A stretch of DNA of 63,993 bases, filler included, from Circinaria calcarea (taxonomy: Eukaryota): NCBI GenBank assembly GCA_051942165.1. It is 7 parts of 7 records of this genome, joined end to end, with 100 filler letters (N's around TTAATTAATTAA, not from the genome) between each part and the next. Parts side by side here need not be neighbours in the genome. Positions count along the whole stretch, not along the records: positions 46,479 to 55,665 come from JAVECS010000969.1; positions 55,766 to 63,993 come from JAVECS010001153.1; 5 more parts are not named here. One strand, 5' to 3'. The notes beneath the pieces are model-generated. The model searched no databases and had not been told where the DNA came from. It saw nothing but the letters and a program-made list of their open reading frames with translations. Positions within the stretch are counted from its first letter, which is position 1; the number at the start of each line of letters is the position of its first letter. Position numbers and translations under genes: made by a program. Shown here one piece after another: positions 51,122 to 63,583 of this stretch.

Positions 51122-51620
51122 ATCTGCATGTCTGAGGTTGCACCCCGCCACGAGATAACTTGACTGCAGAGGCTCTCAAACACCGGGAGAAAGTGGTGTT
51201 TCAGGGAAAAGATGGGATTCGAGATAAGGAACAAGAGATACGCTCGAGGTCCGGGTAAGACGGGACGCATCTAGGCAATGGACTTTCAGACATGGATTTT
51301 AAGAGATCGGCAGACAGACTCGCCCAGAACTCGACGCATCGAGGTGAATGCCGAGGGCTCTTCGGGGGGATCAATGCAAGGGCTATCAGGGAAAGAGTCA
51401 GGGTTGCTTGTGCGAATCACCAGCGTCGCCACCTTTCTCCGGTCTTCACTACGTCGTCGTTCTTGCAGAAGACGATCCGTCCTTCAACAGGTACAAAAGC
51501 GCAGCAGGACGAAGTTACGTCGTGGTGATGTCCGCTCGCGGGACATAGCCCTCGTTTCATTACCAATTTTACGCTCACATACGGATACGGAGTAAAATTT
51601 GGGGAAGATGCTGACCAAGT

Positions 51621-51643
51621 CCAATCTCTCCCCCTGTGATTGG
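51621..51643. promoter_or_regulatory. Overlapping inverted CCAAT-N12-GAT (CBC:HapX-type bipartite) sites upstream of sreA
   Basis: ccaatctctccccctgtgattgg reads CCAAT-N12-GAT on both strands, about 500 nt upstream of the sreA ATG. Confidence 0.75.
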
Positions 51644-52149
51644 CCTAAAGCTTATTTTACCCATTTTTCCGCTTTACCAAGACTGTCATCTATCGGATAG
51701 AAGTCGTGCATGACGGCCCCTAGCAATATCTACATGAAGCATACGTACTACTTCCATTCTGCCTGCTGATTCAATCTGACGTATAATCCCTAGTACGTTG
51801 ATAAGAGACGAAATTGGACAGGAACTGTTTGCTAAACACTTGAACAAGCCTCTTGGTCAATGCTTGAAGTCCGTTGCAATAAACAAAGTCTCGTCACCGC
51901 CTTTGTCAAAACCACAAATTGTATCAGCAAACAAGTATAGTACATATACCCAGAACTGTTGTACAGCCCGTGCCTTGCCTGAGCCCATTTTTAGTCCTTT
52001 CCCCCTTGCGGCACCATTCATATTACAAGCACGGATTTCAGTGCTACCTTATCAACTCTCTAAACCGCTAGAGCTCATACTATTCCTGGTAGACGATCAT
52101 ATGAGCCCTCGCACCTTCCCTCCGTGCCCCGTGTATGTAACGCCATCCC

Positions 52150-52814
52150 CTAGACCTGTTCGGCACCCCACCCCTGATCTGCTTCTCTCATGTTCGACGG
52201 CGGCTCGATTGATGGAATGAATTCGAGGACGACGTATGCGACGCCAGTCACACCTACGATTGCTCCCGCAAGGTAATTGTACCAGCCCGTGTTTAGGATG
52301 ATAGATCCAACGAAAATATAGACTAAGAGTCCATTAGTCTCTAATCCATGCCTCCCGTCCTCGGATCTGGTTTTCGACACTTACATATACCACGTCCGAG
52401 GAAGCTGAAGAAGAAGGAAGCGTATCGTCCAACATAAGGTGGTATCTGATATTCAAGTCCCGCAGTCGCTGAAAGCAGCAGGGGTGGTCAGCGCGGTGTG
52501 AGATCCGGGAGGAGTAAACTGTGTACCTAAGCCAAATAGCATGATATAACACCCGACAATAACGTTGCTGCTGTTATGGGGTCAAGATCGTATCGAGAGA
52601 CAAAGGGCGAGGAATTACCGACAAGTAAACATGAGGGAAGAATTTTGCTATCCCGCCTAGGACCATCACAACGCCCACCACTAGATTGACAATTCGGCTG
52701 TTGAGGTAGCAAGGTCAGCCAATGATGTACTCGAGATGACTATAGGCATAGAAGGCGCACTGCGCGCAGATTGAGCGACAAAAGGGAGACTGACAAGCCA
52801 TTAGATAAATCCAT
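52150..52814 (-). CDS. tvp15: COPI-associated Golgi membrane protein (Tvp15-like), several small exons
   Basis: MDLSN..RIVNLVVGVVMVLGGI..RYASFFFSFLGRG..YIFVGSIIL..YVVLEFIPSIEPPSNMREADQGWGAEQV*. Confidence 0.85.
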
Positions 52815-53577
52815 TGCGGCGAAGTCTTCAGTTCGGAAAAAAGCCGACTGTATTATCTCAGCAATCGGAGGCGAATAAAGGCAAAGTTGAAACGGTGCTC
52901 TTGCGCGCAACTTGGAATCGAGTTTGTGTAGAAGAATATAGTTTGTTGGTCGTGAAGCTTGCGTAGCGATATCAATGTTGGAACTTCAAAGTTGGGAATC
53001 ATGATTGACCGATCCGCCGCTAAGCCTATTGTAGTCGCAGACCCAATAGATGTTAGCGTGGTTTTTGACCAATCCGGTATACCCAGCAAAGGCTGTATAA
53101 ATTCTTAGAAAAGGAGGTGTAGGATGGAGGGTATTCTCCGGTGTATATTCCAGCTTTCTGTATGAAATCAAATTGTTGTTTGGCCTTCTATGATAATTGG
53201 AAGAGAACCACGCTAATATTCATTATGCCCGCGACCACTGTAGTACACCAAGCCAAATCGAAGTTTTTCTCAGACCACTCCCCAAGATCTCCATCTTTTT
53301 CCGCGCTTTGACATATATTATTTCTCCCATGAGCTTACAATACGATAGCTAAGTCTATCGGATTATTCTGATTGGATTTCTGTTTGTTACAACTCAACGG
53401 GCCTTTTATTATACAAGTCCTAGAATCTTCATGCTCTACACGTCTTGTCAAGATGGTAATAAGGTCAGCGCTATGTTCACCAAATCGTCACAGACGACTG
53501 TTTCGAGCCTAGAGTGATCGCTTAAGCAATCTAAACATTACAATTGGCTACCAACGTTATGTAGCAAATGGTCAGCA

Positions 53578-55665
53578 TTATTCAACTAACTTGTCACCCT
53601 CCTGTGCTGTATCACTGTCACTCTCTTCCTCAGAATCCTCTTCCTCGCTTTCTCCTTCCTCGTCGTCCTCGGACATGTCTTCGCTCTCCTCGCTTTCCTC
53701 GCTCTCTCCACTTTCGGACTCTCCTTCAGCCAACCAGTCTTCAAACGATTTGCCCTTGATACTCGGCTCAACCCCGTTTGCAGGCCTGATGCCGTCCTTC
53801 TCTTTCAGTGCCTTATCCAGAAGCTCTCCGGCCGGCACATTCCGTTTCTCGCCATACACTGCCTTGGTTCCCGTTTCGTCCCTCAGCTTAGGATCCGGCT
53901 CTTCCCCTGCTTTCACCCATTCTGGTAGACTTTCATAGCCGGAAAGCCTAGTCAGTCCCGCCTCTTCCCCAACAATTAGACTAGAGGAACCCAGCAACAG
54001 ATCTTTACGACCTGCCGAGGGGCTCGGTGTGTGGGGAACGGGTTTCGGAGCGAGAAGAACTAGGCTTGCCAGTTGAGTGGATGCTGGATCTGCGAGAAGC
54101 ACTTTGTAGAAACGAGTCCGATCACGGAGATCATATGAAGTGTCGTATCTCGCCAGGAGAAGAACATACTCCCACAGAATAGCTATTGGATGCTCGGGTT
54201 TCGATGCAAGGTCTGACTGCGGAACTGGCTCCTCACGAAATCCGTTTTCTTCGACCTCAGGAGTAAAGGTTGTATCAACGTTTTCTACCGGGTAACCTTT
54301 ACCTCCTGACTCAGTGGCACTTCGTGTACGGTTCAGATGATGCACGTAAACTTTGGCTGCCAGCAGGACAATCTGGAGCTTGACCGGCTCCGACTCCTCA
54401 GCGAACCCTTTTGCCAATATGCGAAGCACGTCAGGGGCAATGTTATCCTCATCGTCGACTCCGCTGAATTCCCCTACAAGCCATATAATGTTTGCTCGTG
54501 CATATGGATTTGTCACCGAATCTAGGTTTTTGGCTAGCCTGATAACGGTTTTGGTATGCGACGAAGGATCTTGCTGGATCAGATGTCGAATGACTGTGAG
54601 TGACTCTGCCACCAAATTGCCGTCGCTGCTAGATATCTGCTTTAGCAGCAGATTGAGACATCGCGACGACGCTCTTCCGTCGTTTTGTGCGCACCGACCG
54701 ATAGCCTGAACACTTTCACGCACCAAATCCGAGTCTGAAGCCTTTGAGAAGTGCTCGAGCTCACTTAGGATGAGGCCTTTGTGTAGGGATTCGCAATGAG
54801 GGAAAATAAGAGTTAATATCTCCATTTTGAGACGCCATATGTAAGGAGGATCCGTGGCTCGAATGAAGAAGTGACTAGTGTATCTTACAAATAATTCGGG
54901 GCGAAGGAGACATAGGGAGACAACGTTGTGTAATGCTATCTGCTGTATATCCCGTGGACTTCGAAGTAGAGCGATAAGAGGACCAACGGCTGAATCGAGA
55001 TGATCAGGCGTACCGAGATACAAGAAACAACGGACCACGGCAACGACTACCGCAGAATTACGGCTGTGCAATAGTGGTTTGCAAGCTTTGAGTAGTAGCA
55101 CAAGGTCAGGATCCAGCACTTGGATCTCTTCACATGTAGCATCTTCTCCGTGCTCGCTAGCCTCATCCTTGTAGAACCCCTTAGTTTGGCTCTTCGTGGC
55201 TTGCGCCGTCCGCCGCGGGAAGCATTTTCTAGAGTAGATAGTAAGCAAATTCAATGTAGCTAACTGACCCCATTCATCCATGTCGACCAGCTTCCTCACA
55301 AGAGCACGATAGTGCTTATGTATGAGGTCAATCCGTTCCGGACATACCTCGAGGAAAGCTGTAACTGCCGAGCCAACCACGTAATACTGCTTATCACCGA
55401 GAAGGATAGACAAGTATTCCAGCAGCTGAGGGAGCGTACTCGGAGATAACCGGTAGCATTTGGGAATAGCCAGAGCCGCTGCTTTGCGTACATGGGGGCT
55501 CATATCGCCGGCTCCCTTCTTGATACCGAGGGAAACGATCTGACTTATCACAGGCACCCGGATACCAGACATTACACGAAGCGCCATCGCACGCACTTGG
55601 GGGTTTTGGTCGGAGAGCGATTTCTGGATGGTGTTGATGGAAAGAAGAGCCAGGTCGGGCTCTGA
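53578..55665 (-). CDS. apl6: AP-3 adaptor complex beta subunit, 5' truncated
   Basis: PDLALLSINTIQKSLSD..VRAMALRVMSGIRVP..DMSPHVRKAAALAIPKCY..DEWGQ..LARYDTSYDLRDR; acidic tail. Confidence 0.93.
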   Translation of the reverse strand, partial: SEPDLALLSINTIQKSLSDQNPQVRAMALRVMSGIRVPVISQIVSLGIKKGAGDMSPHVRKAAALAIPKCYRLSPSTLPQLLEYLSILLGDKQYYVVGSAVTAFLEVCPERIDLIHKHYRALVRKLVDMDEWGQLATLNLLTIYSRKCFPRRTAQATKSQTKGFYKDEASEHGEDATCEEIQVLDPDLVLLLKACKPLLHSRNSAVVVAVVRCFLYLGTPDHLDSAVGPLIALLRSPRDIQQIALHNVVSLCLLRPELFVRYTSHFFIRATDPPYIWRLKMEILTLIFPHCESLHKGLILSELEHFSKASDSDLVRESVQAIGRCAQNDGRASSRCLNLLLKQISSSDGNLVAESLTVIRHLIQQDPSSHTKTVIRLAKNLDSVTNPYARANIIWLVGEFSGVDDEDNIAPDVLRILAKGFAEESEPVKLQIVLLAAKVYVHHLNRTRSATESGGKGYPVENVDTTFTPEVEENGFREEPVPQSDLASKPEHPIAILWEYVLLLARYDTSYDLRDRTRFYKVLLADPASTQLASLVLLAPKPVPHTPSPSAGRKDLLLGSSSLIVGEEAGLTRLSGYESLPEWVKAGEEPDPKLRDETGTKAVYGEKRNVPAGELLDKALKEKDGIRPANGVEPSIKGKSFEDWLAEGESESGESEESEESEDMSEDDEEGESEEEDSEEESDSDTAQEGDKLVE

Positions 55666-55765
55666 NNNNNNNNNNNNNNNNNNNNNNNNNNNNNNNNNNN
55701 NNNNNNNNNTTAATTAATTAANNNNNNNNNNNNNNNNNNNNNNNNNNNNNNNNNNNNNNNNNNNN
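55666..55765. other. Artificial contig linker
   Basis: N44-TTAATTAATTAA-N44. Confidence 0.99.
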
Positions 55766-56325
55766 AAGTGGCCCTTGTAGCGGAAATTATGGTTTCCGTC
55801 GGATGGCGTGTAACGAAGGGGCTTCAGTCTATCCGAATTCATCAACTCGGTCCAGTACTTTTCGAAGTCCTCGCTGAGACCCGTTTCGACACTGTCATCT
55901 ATCATGGCCTCATCGTCGCTGTCATCTGAAGTATACACCAATTCGCTGTTGGTCCTCGTGCCTGCGACAAACCGATTGGTTTTCCGGGCGAAATTCTGTT
56001 TTGACACCCAGAACATGACATGATTATAAACCTCGTCTTCTAGCCGGATCTCCGCTGTCGAGATGAAGTGTTCTCCGATAAGGCCCCAGACGAAAGTCCT
56101 GCAGTAGTTAACTGACACGGTAAGAGCAGCTAAGAGGAGAATCGTTGAGAAGTAGGAGGTAATGTCAACGTTGACGTAAGATGCTAGCAAGTTGGATGCC
56201 AAAGAAAGTCCCGGGATCAGTGTCTCCAGTAAGGGCAAGAAGGGCAGCGTGGTAGCCTTCTGCCCAGATGTGACTGTCGCATTGTGTATGTCCATGGTGA
56301 TTGCCGAGTATGACGTTGTAGACAT
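55766..56325 (-). CDS. BCS1-like AAA ATPase, N-terminal (BCS1_N) fragment
   Basis: LLETLIPG..TM segment..FISTAEIRLEDEVYNHVMFWV..LRYTPSDGNHNFRYKGH, typical of fungal BCS1 paralogs. Confidence 0.8.
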
Positions 56326-56769
56326 GCAAGGAAGCTAAAGACGCGGCTCTACTAATTGTTAAGTAGAAAATGTTGTTCACTCACCAAGCTTCATATACAA
56401 ATATATTGTGCGGATAGCTCTGTGACTCATACGCAAGGCACACAACATACTGTTTACGTGACTCCACTTCGACCTGTAAGCTAACATAAATTTTTACATC
56501 GAAAGCGCCTAGAGTCTTATGCCTTAAAGTGTTACTCTACCGTGCACGCTACACTAGTAGGGGGTTTTAGTTCCCCCGCACAAATTACTACGTAAATGGG
56601 CATTTCTTCTCCCCTGATTGGCCAGAATTAAAAATTCTATTAGTGCCCGAAAACCCCGGTCTGCCAGGGCAACACTGTAAGGGACAAGGTGGGTGGATCG
56701 TCCCAATAGGCGCATCAAGAGAAAGCTTCGTGGTCCGACAAGACGGCTGCCTCAACTATTGAAGGCCTT

Positions 56770-57630
56770 ATCATAAGCCCCCTCTCGACCCTATATCAAA
56801 CTGCTCAGCAGCATCCAACTCCCCGATTTTCAAATCCCTCGATATCCAAATCTCCGTCATCGAACTTCTAGAGATGATCGAATTCTTCGTCACTTGACTT
56901 GTCCGACAGTATATCTTTATGGATAAGGTATTCTCGTAGCGCTGCCTATAAATTTATTTCTTTTAAGGGTATCCGTCTTGCTTGAAGCTTTTCCTACCTG
57001 GCTTAGGGCCTTCTGAATGGTATTGATAAATAGATTCTGCGTCTGCCCTAACCGCCTAAGTAAGATTGATGTAGATGCGTATTTCTATCCTGCGTTTAAT
57101 AAGACCCTAGATTGTTGAACATACCCGCTGATTCGAAATCTGTAATGTGACTTATGCGAGCCATAGATGTATGTCTTGAGGGCGTCGTGCGTCCTATCGC
57201 GATCGTCTTGACTTAATGTATTTTAGAGAGGATGGCTATAAAGATCTATAAAATATCTTGAGAGCCTTTTGTATGATGTGTTACGGACTTTCTTTAGGTC
57301 CGTCTCGGTCTAAGAGGATATTAACCCACGTTTTGTGATTTTGACGGACTAATGTATATTATGTAACGTTTCACGCTTTATTGCTTCTCTCGCTGGAACA
57401 ATTGTTATGAATCCCTCATATTTTGCTGCCTTCTCGGTCTTGAGAGACTTTAGAAGATTATACTCGATAATCGACCTGATATGTTTTCCCCACCATCTTT
57501 TTCAACCTTGTTCTTCCAGTCTTGGAGTTTTTCTTTCGTCGATTTACCACGTGGGCTCTGAGGCTTGCGGCTTTTCTTAATATTCCAAGACCCATTCATT
57601 GCAGTGGTCTTTTCCTTCTTAGGAGGTATT
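56770..57630 (-). pseudogene. Degraded, stop-riddled gene or TE remnant (TA-rich, RIP-like)
   Basis: The minus strand reads (ATA)PPKKEKTT..KKSRKPQSPRGKSTKEKLQDWKNKVEK at the 5' end and acidic SDKSSDEEFDHL*KFDDGDLDIEGFEN at the 3' end, with no long ORF. Confidence 0.4.
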
Positions 57631-58533
57631 ATGAGTCTTCCATTGATCTTCAGAGACGCTGTAGCGATTTAAAGTAAGGCCTTAATGGATGATTGCTACA
57701 GGTGGAAGTGAGATTAGCATCAAGTCCGTTTGAGAAAGTACAAGCCAGACGTACTGATCGATGTGAAATGGTCTCAGATAACTATTAAGAAATAAATTAG
57801 CATGAGGTTATTTTAATACTGTTATAAGCAGCGCTTACCAGTCCGGTGAGACGATTAATGAGCTATATAAGGTCAAGAATTGAAATTACTAGTGGGGCGA
57901 AGAGAAGTTCCAGGTGCGGTGAAGCGAAGAGGATTTAGATGTGTTGTTACTTGGAGAGAAGCTGATCAAGTTCAGCTGATATTTCAACTTGGGATAGGAT
58001 GGAGGAAGCAATTACTCCTATTTAGAGAATTAGCTGATGGGAGAAAGACTTTTCTCATTCAGAGAGTCAGCGGTATGAGATGGCCTTCTCCGTCTGGGAT
58101 ATTCAGCCAGTGTTTGACTTACATATAATGTCCGAGAAAACAGAGTCAAGGGTAAATCGTCATTAGGTCAGTTACCCCTGAAGTAACAAATGGTATGTTC
58201 GGGGGGTAATTCGCCGTACTAAATAGGTATCTGCCTGCATGAGAGGTGCATCATATATACTACCCGTGTATATATGGTGAAAGTTTGTTACAGGGGAGCT
58301 TAAAAGTAAATCTAAGACAATGTTTCCACTCGACAAGTGACAAAAAGGGGGGGGGGGCGACCAGGAGGGAGACATCAAACAGGAAGGAAGCCAAAGTGTC
58401 CACACTTTAACTATCTGTCGCTGGGGTTTCTGGTTGGCTAACATACAAGCAAATTTCAGCGGTATGAGCGAATCTGCAGATCTGCACGATCTGGACTTGC
58501 CCGCAAGGTTTGGAATTATACTCATCAACATAC

Positions 58534-59845
58534 TCAATTACGTCTATAGACCCCCACCCCCCACGCCGCTCTCAGAACGGCCAAACCCCACGCCATGCCC
58601 AGACTATCCCAGACCACATTCAACTTACTACCTTTGACTTCCTTCCACCCGACCGGAACCTCTGCGACAGGAATATGTGCCGATTCGGCCAGCATAAGCA
58701 TCTCGACGTCGAAGATCCAGCCTTCGGAGTGCATGTAGGGGATTATGTAGGGGAGGGAGGCGCGAGAGAAGAGCTTGAAGCCGCATTGGGTATCGCGGAT
58801 AGAAGCGGTGGCAGGCGGGGTGAGAATGCGGAGGAGGAGGTGGAAGGAGTGCATCAGGAGATTTCGGAGGAACGAGCGCTTTTGTGGGGGAAATAGTTTA
58901 GTAGAGTAGAGGAAACGATATGTAGAAATCTTTGATCTCAAAGGGCATACCTTAACTACGGCTTCACTGCCCACCAGATGAGCCCGCGAGCCAATCGCAA
59001 CCCCCCTTTTCTCAGCATCTTCAATCTCCTGACATGCCTGGACTAACTTGCCTAGATCTGCAAATTTGCTGGCACCGTCGGCATCGGCGAAGACGGTGTA
59101 TTTGCCCCTGACGTGGCGCATGCCGTGTGTCACTGCTCCTCCTTTTCCGCGGTTCGCGGTTAGGGCTACCACCCTGATTGAGCCGGATGCGGGATCGCCG
59201 AGGTTTCTTGCGAACTTTAATGCCGTTTCTAGGGTCTTGTCTGTCGAGCCATCTGAAATGATGAGGATTTCCCATCCTGTAGATGATTGAGGTGGTGATG
59301 GATGTAAAATATAGCCGTTGGCTGCTCCGGCTTTACCATTCATGACTTTACTTGCAGAACCATTCTGGGTATTAGAGGCTTTCGTAGATCCATATTCTTT
59401 CTCCAGGTATTCCACTGCCTCGGTCAGCATCAGACCGAGTCGATCCTCCTCATTGTATGCCGGTACGACCAGGGACATGAATATTTCCGCATTCTCGACC
59501 TCGAGCCCCTTATTTGAGAAATCCCCCTTCCTCTGCGCCGCTTGTCGCTGCGCGATATATGTATCCTGCCAGCAGGGTAGTTGCTTCGCTGTACTGATCT
59601 TCCCATCTTTCTCTATGTGTCGGAAGGTTCGCTCGGTTCTGGTCGGTGATCGGGGGGTGGGCGCTGCGATGAAGAGGGCGAGGTAAAACTGTAAGGGTTT
59701 AGATTTACTACCAAGCCCCGATGGAAAATGAGGGAATGGGATTTACTAGAACTGCAACACCAACGGCGGTGCTGGCTATAAACAGAAGGAGCAAGGGTAC
59801 TGGTACTGTCTGAACCACATTTACGGTCTGGCGAAGGCAATCCAT
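58534..59845 (-). CDS. alg5: Dolichyl-phosphate beta-glucosyltransferase; two introns
   Basis: N-terminal TM; MSLVVPAYNEEDRL..EILIISDGSTDKT..NRGKGGAVTHGM..FADADGASKF..GSRAHLV..DTQCGFKLFSR..WIFDVEML. Confidence 0.95.
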
Positions 59846-60818
59846 TGCAGTCAAGGCGGGTTAGGGTAGGGTATTGCGGTGGTCCTAGCCTGGCGGCGTG
59901 GGAAAACTGGGGAGAGGAGCGGGAGATGAACATTCAACCGTAGACATCTGACCCGTTACCATTTGGTAGGAAGTCTGGCAGTGTGAGCATGGATTGATAT
60001 AACTGCTCAGGCACTGCCGAGATGTTTCACGCTGATGTTACAGTAAGAGGGGATATTGGAGACCGGGCGCGGTAGGATTAGGAACAGTCAGATTTTGTTG
60101 CCGTTCCCACTCTGATCCTGTCACTCCTGTCCCATCCTCCTCCGTCCGACTATCGAACTGCCTCATGGCCATAGCGATTACCGTGCCTTAGACTTCGTGA
60201 TTGAAGTAAGTTCGGCAGGATGTGCAAAATCATCGGTCTATTAGGATTGGTCCATCTAGAGTTCTGTTTAGATATCTCTCGATTGTCCGTCCTCAGCTTG
60301 CTCTATTGTCTCTTGATATCATCCACTTGATTCCATTTGTCTCATCAGTATCATGGATGAGTGTGGTATACCCTACAAACTCTCAAAGAGGGTCGGCTAT
60401 TTATTCAGACTTTGTTCTTCATTCGTAGCTATTCTATCTTGGTTTACCGTGCTTTGGTTTGAACCGCGATGATGATGTGCTCTTCTAAGAGCCTTTCCTT
60501 CGATTCATCTATGGCGTACCTATTAATGTGCTTTTCTATGCGTGGGAGTACCGAAACTGTCTCAGAATACCCCGGGTACCCCATCAAAAAGGATGGCCAT
60601 CCCACGGAACTTGCAACAGTAGGATCGCGAGAGGCACTGCCACACTGCGGATGGATTACGGCAATGCCGGGCAAAGCCTGCCAAGATTCTTCAAGATGAC
60701 CTATCCAAATGGTGCCGCATACTTGGGTACAAGAGTACAAAGAACATCAAATGTTCATTCATGAGTTACTTTTCTGCTTCTATACCTCTGGAATTACTGC
60801 TTAACATTTCCTTTAACT

Positions 60819-61880
60819 ATGCAGAAGAACATGTTTCTCGTCATACTTGGCAGTCTGTTGCTGATTGGCCACTCCGCTGCCCGTGTTGGTATCCAACCAT
60901 CATCCATACCACGCCTGACCAAAGTTGCTAACTATACCCTCAACTCCTTTTGTCAAAAACTGCATAATCCGGATCCATACTTCAATGAGAGGGTTAGTGA
61001 GCTTTATGCCATGAGATTAACAGCATCGCTGATTCACCCCTGTCACACGTCAGGAGGCATATGAAATCATGCGTGGTTTCATCACAGATTTAAACATGTA
61101 CATGTCTGGGTATGGACCAGACACCGCAACAGATTCGAACGACAATGCAGAACCTCTTCAAAATGTTCTTTCTGGTAAACATGAGCAAAGCCGAGTTTTA
61201 GCAGCACGGAGACGTGAACCAGGGCCGTTATCTCCGGCAATGACCGAGTCCAAGGACAAGCTTAACTGCACTCTCTTCGAAGCGGACCTGAGAGTTGTAT
61301 GTCATTACTATCTGTGGCTTACCCGATGATATACGGCTGGATATGTTTAGCTAATGACTACTAGTTCTCAGATGTCTTCCAGGTATCTCTAAGCGATCGG
61401 TTCTCATACAATATATATACTAATGCTATGGATCTGACAGAACATGGCCTACGCACTTTCAGAAAGAGTATGAGTACTGACTTTGTATTGGTACGGGTAT
61501 TTGCTAAATCCTGATATAGTGCTATCGTCAATGCGCAACCAATGGCTATGCCCAATTTGCAGCATCAAACCTACAACGCAGTATTGAACAGCCTACTGGT
61601 TACCGCGTGCTAGTGAGTTTTCGGCCTTGCCTTACTATGGTTATCGGAGCTAATAGTGTCGCAGCCGTTCTACACTCAGATGAGGGAGATTGAAGCCGAG
61701 ACTGGCTGTCGCTTCAACGACACCTTTCTGATCGAAATCGAGAGGGCTGCGGACTATGCGAAGATATGGATACAGACGTATCAAAGCCTTCGGAACCCGT
61801 GCGCCGACATGGGAATAAATGGTACCTCGGAGCGTGTAGAGGGTAAGAAGGACGAGGCAAGGGAGCTGCGCCAAGGATAA
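60819..61880 (+). CDS. Orphan secreted protein of about 255 aa, six exons
   Basis: Signal-peptide-like MQKNMFLVILGSLLLIGHSAA. Five canonical introns (60993-61053, 61297-61364, 61383-61440, ~61468-61518, ~61613-61663) splice into one open frame with several Cys residues. Confidence 0.65.
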
Positions 61881-62378
61881 AGTTGGGGAATTAATTACAT
61901 GGCAACTCGCGGTCATCTACGGGGAATGACGTTTCCGGAAGGTTCGACAGTGAGGGTACTGGTTGGATGGTTATCAAAGCGTCTTCGATTTACCAGAAAG
62001 TCTTTTGGAAATCCATGCTGTCCTCAGGGATACCTAGAAATGATTGTTAAGTTGAAACCTCTAGATAACAATTGTTAAATTTTTCTCTACCCTTAGTTAC
62101 CTACAATCTCTAGTTAGGATGATGTTCCAACATGTCCAGCGACACTTGTAGACTGACTGGATTTCAGTGTCACGAGTGTCAAAGTACATGTAGTCGGTAG
62201 TCAGGCAGCTCTCCTAGTGTCTTGGCGTTTCTTTATCCACTATCTTCAACCCCCCCCCTTCTCTTCGCACTCATAGCTCAATATACCAATCTACACATAC
62301 AGTCTCACTCCTTCTGCATCTCTTGTCGCATATCGTCCGGTTTATTCAGGACAAGCATCTGTTTCACTTTGCCATATC

Positions 62379-63583
62379 ATGAATGTCCTCCACTCCACTC
62401 TCTCTACCCTGCGGGACCGTTGGGCTCCAATAACGCACACCTCTACCTTTCGCACAACCGGTCAAATCACCCCGGAGGAGTTCGTCCTCGCTGGAGATTA
62501 CCTCGTCTACAAGTTCCCCACTTGGTCCTGGGCATCCGCTTCCTCCCCGTCAAAAACCGTTGCCTACCTCCCCGCTGACAAACAATACCTAGTCACGCGC
62601 GGGGTACCATGTCATCGACGACTCGATGAGAATTTCGCGGGGGAGGCGGGAGAAGGAGAAGCGATGGTCCGAGATGGGTTCATGGGTGGAGAAGGCGACG
62701 ATGAAGGGTGGTTACGGACTGGAGGGATGGCCGAGAGTGGGGAGGCTAGACTCCGAGATGTTCGGACATTAGGGGAAGGCGGCGAGCGAGAGGAAGAGGA
62801 AGAGGAGGAAGAGGAGATTCCAGATATGGAGGATGAAGATGATGACGAGGAAGCTATTATTCGGGATCCCAAAGGCAAATCTACAACCGCGTATGTTACC
62901 TTTCCTGTGCTTCCTCCCTTCCAGTGATATTAACTCTCTATACCATCTAGTCCCCCACGTACCTATACACTCTCAATAACCTATACTCCCTACTACCGCA
63001 CACCGCGTCTCTACCTCTCTGGCTACGCCTCGCCGTCCGTCCCTCTTCCTCCGCACCAGATGCTCGAAGACATAGTGGGCGACTACAAGGAAAAAACGGT
63101 TACGCTCGAGGACTTTCCCTTTTTCGACTCCGCTGTGAAAATGGCCAGCGTGCATCCTTGCAAACACGCTTCGGTCATGAAAGTTCTCCTCGATCGCGCG
63201 GATGCGGCCCTCAAGCTGCGTAAGGCGAAACTAAAGCGTGGTGAGGGGAATAGAGGGAAAGGGGGTGGAGTGGAGAGTGGCATGGAGGGTTTGGTGGATG
63301 AGATGGGGAGTGCAAGCCTGGATGGAGTTGGGAGAGCGAAGGGAGAAGGGTTTAAGAGTGGTGTCGCGGCCGCAGGGGGAGCTGGAGGAGATGAGTGGGA
63401 GGTTTTGGAAGAGGGGGCGGAGGACGATGAGGTGGCGATACGGGTTGATCAGTATCTGATTGTGTTTCTGAAGGTGAGGAATAGACTCCATCCCTATACA
63501 ACTGATGGTGCTAACTTTGATTGCATTAGTTTATGGCTTCCGTTACACCAGGCATTGAACATGATTTCACGATGGGTATTTAG
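62379..63583 (+). CDS. atg3: Autophagy E2-like enzyme Atg3; introns at about 62891-62950 and 63474-63528
   Basis: [58 protein letters not shown] (catalytic Cys)..[27 protein letters not shown]. Confidence 0.97.

Noticed and set aside
12057..55665. Apparent vesicle-trafficking cluster (delta-COP, NECAP, Tvp15, AP-3 beta)
   Set aside because: Delta-COP is on a different contig. The other three share a contig but are interspersed with unrelated genes, and there is no evidence of co-regulation.
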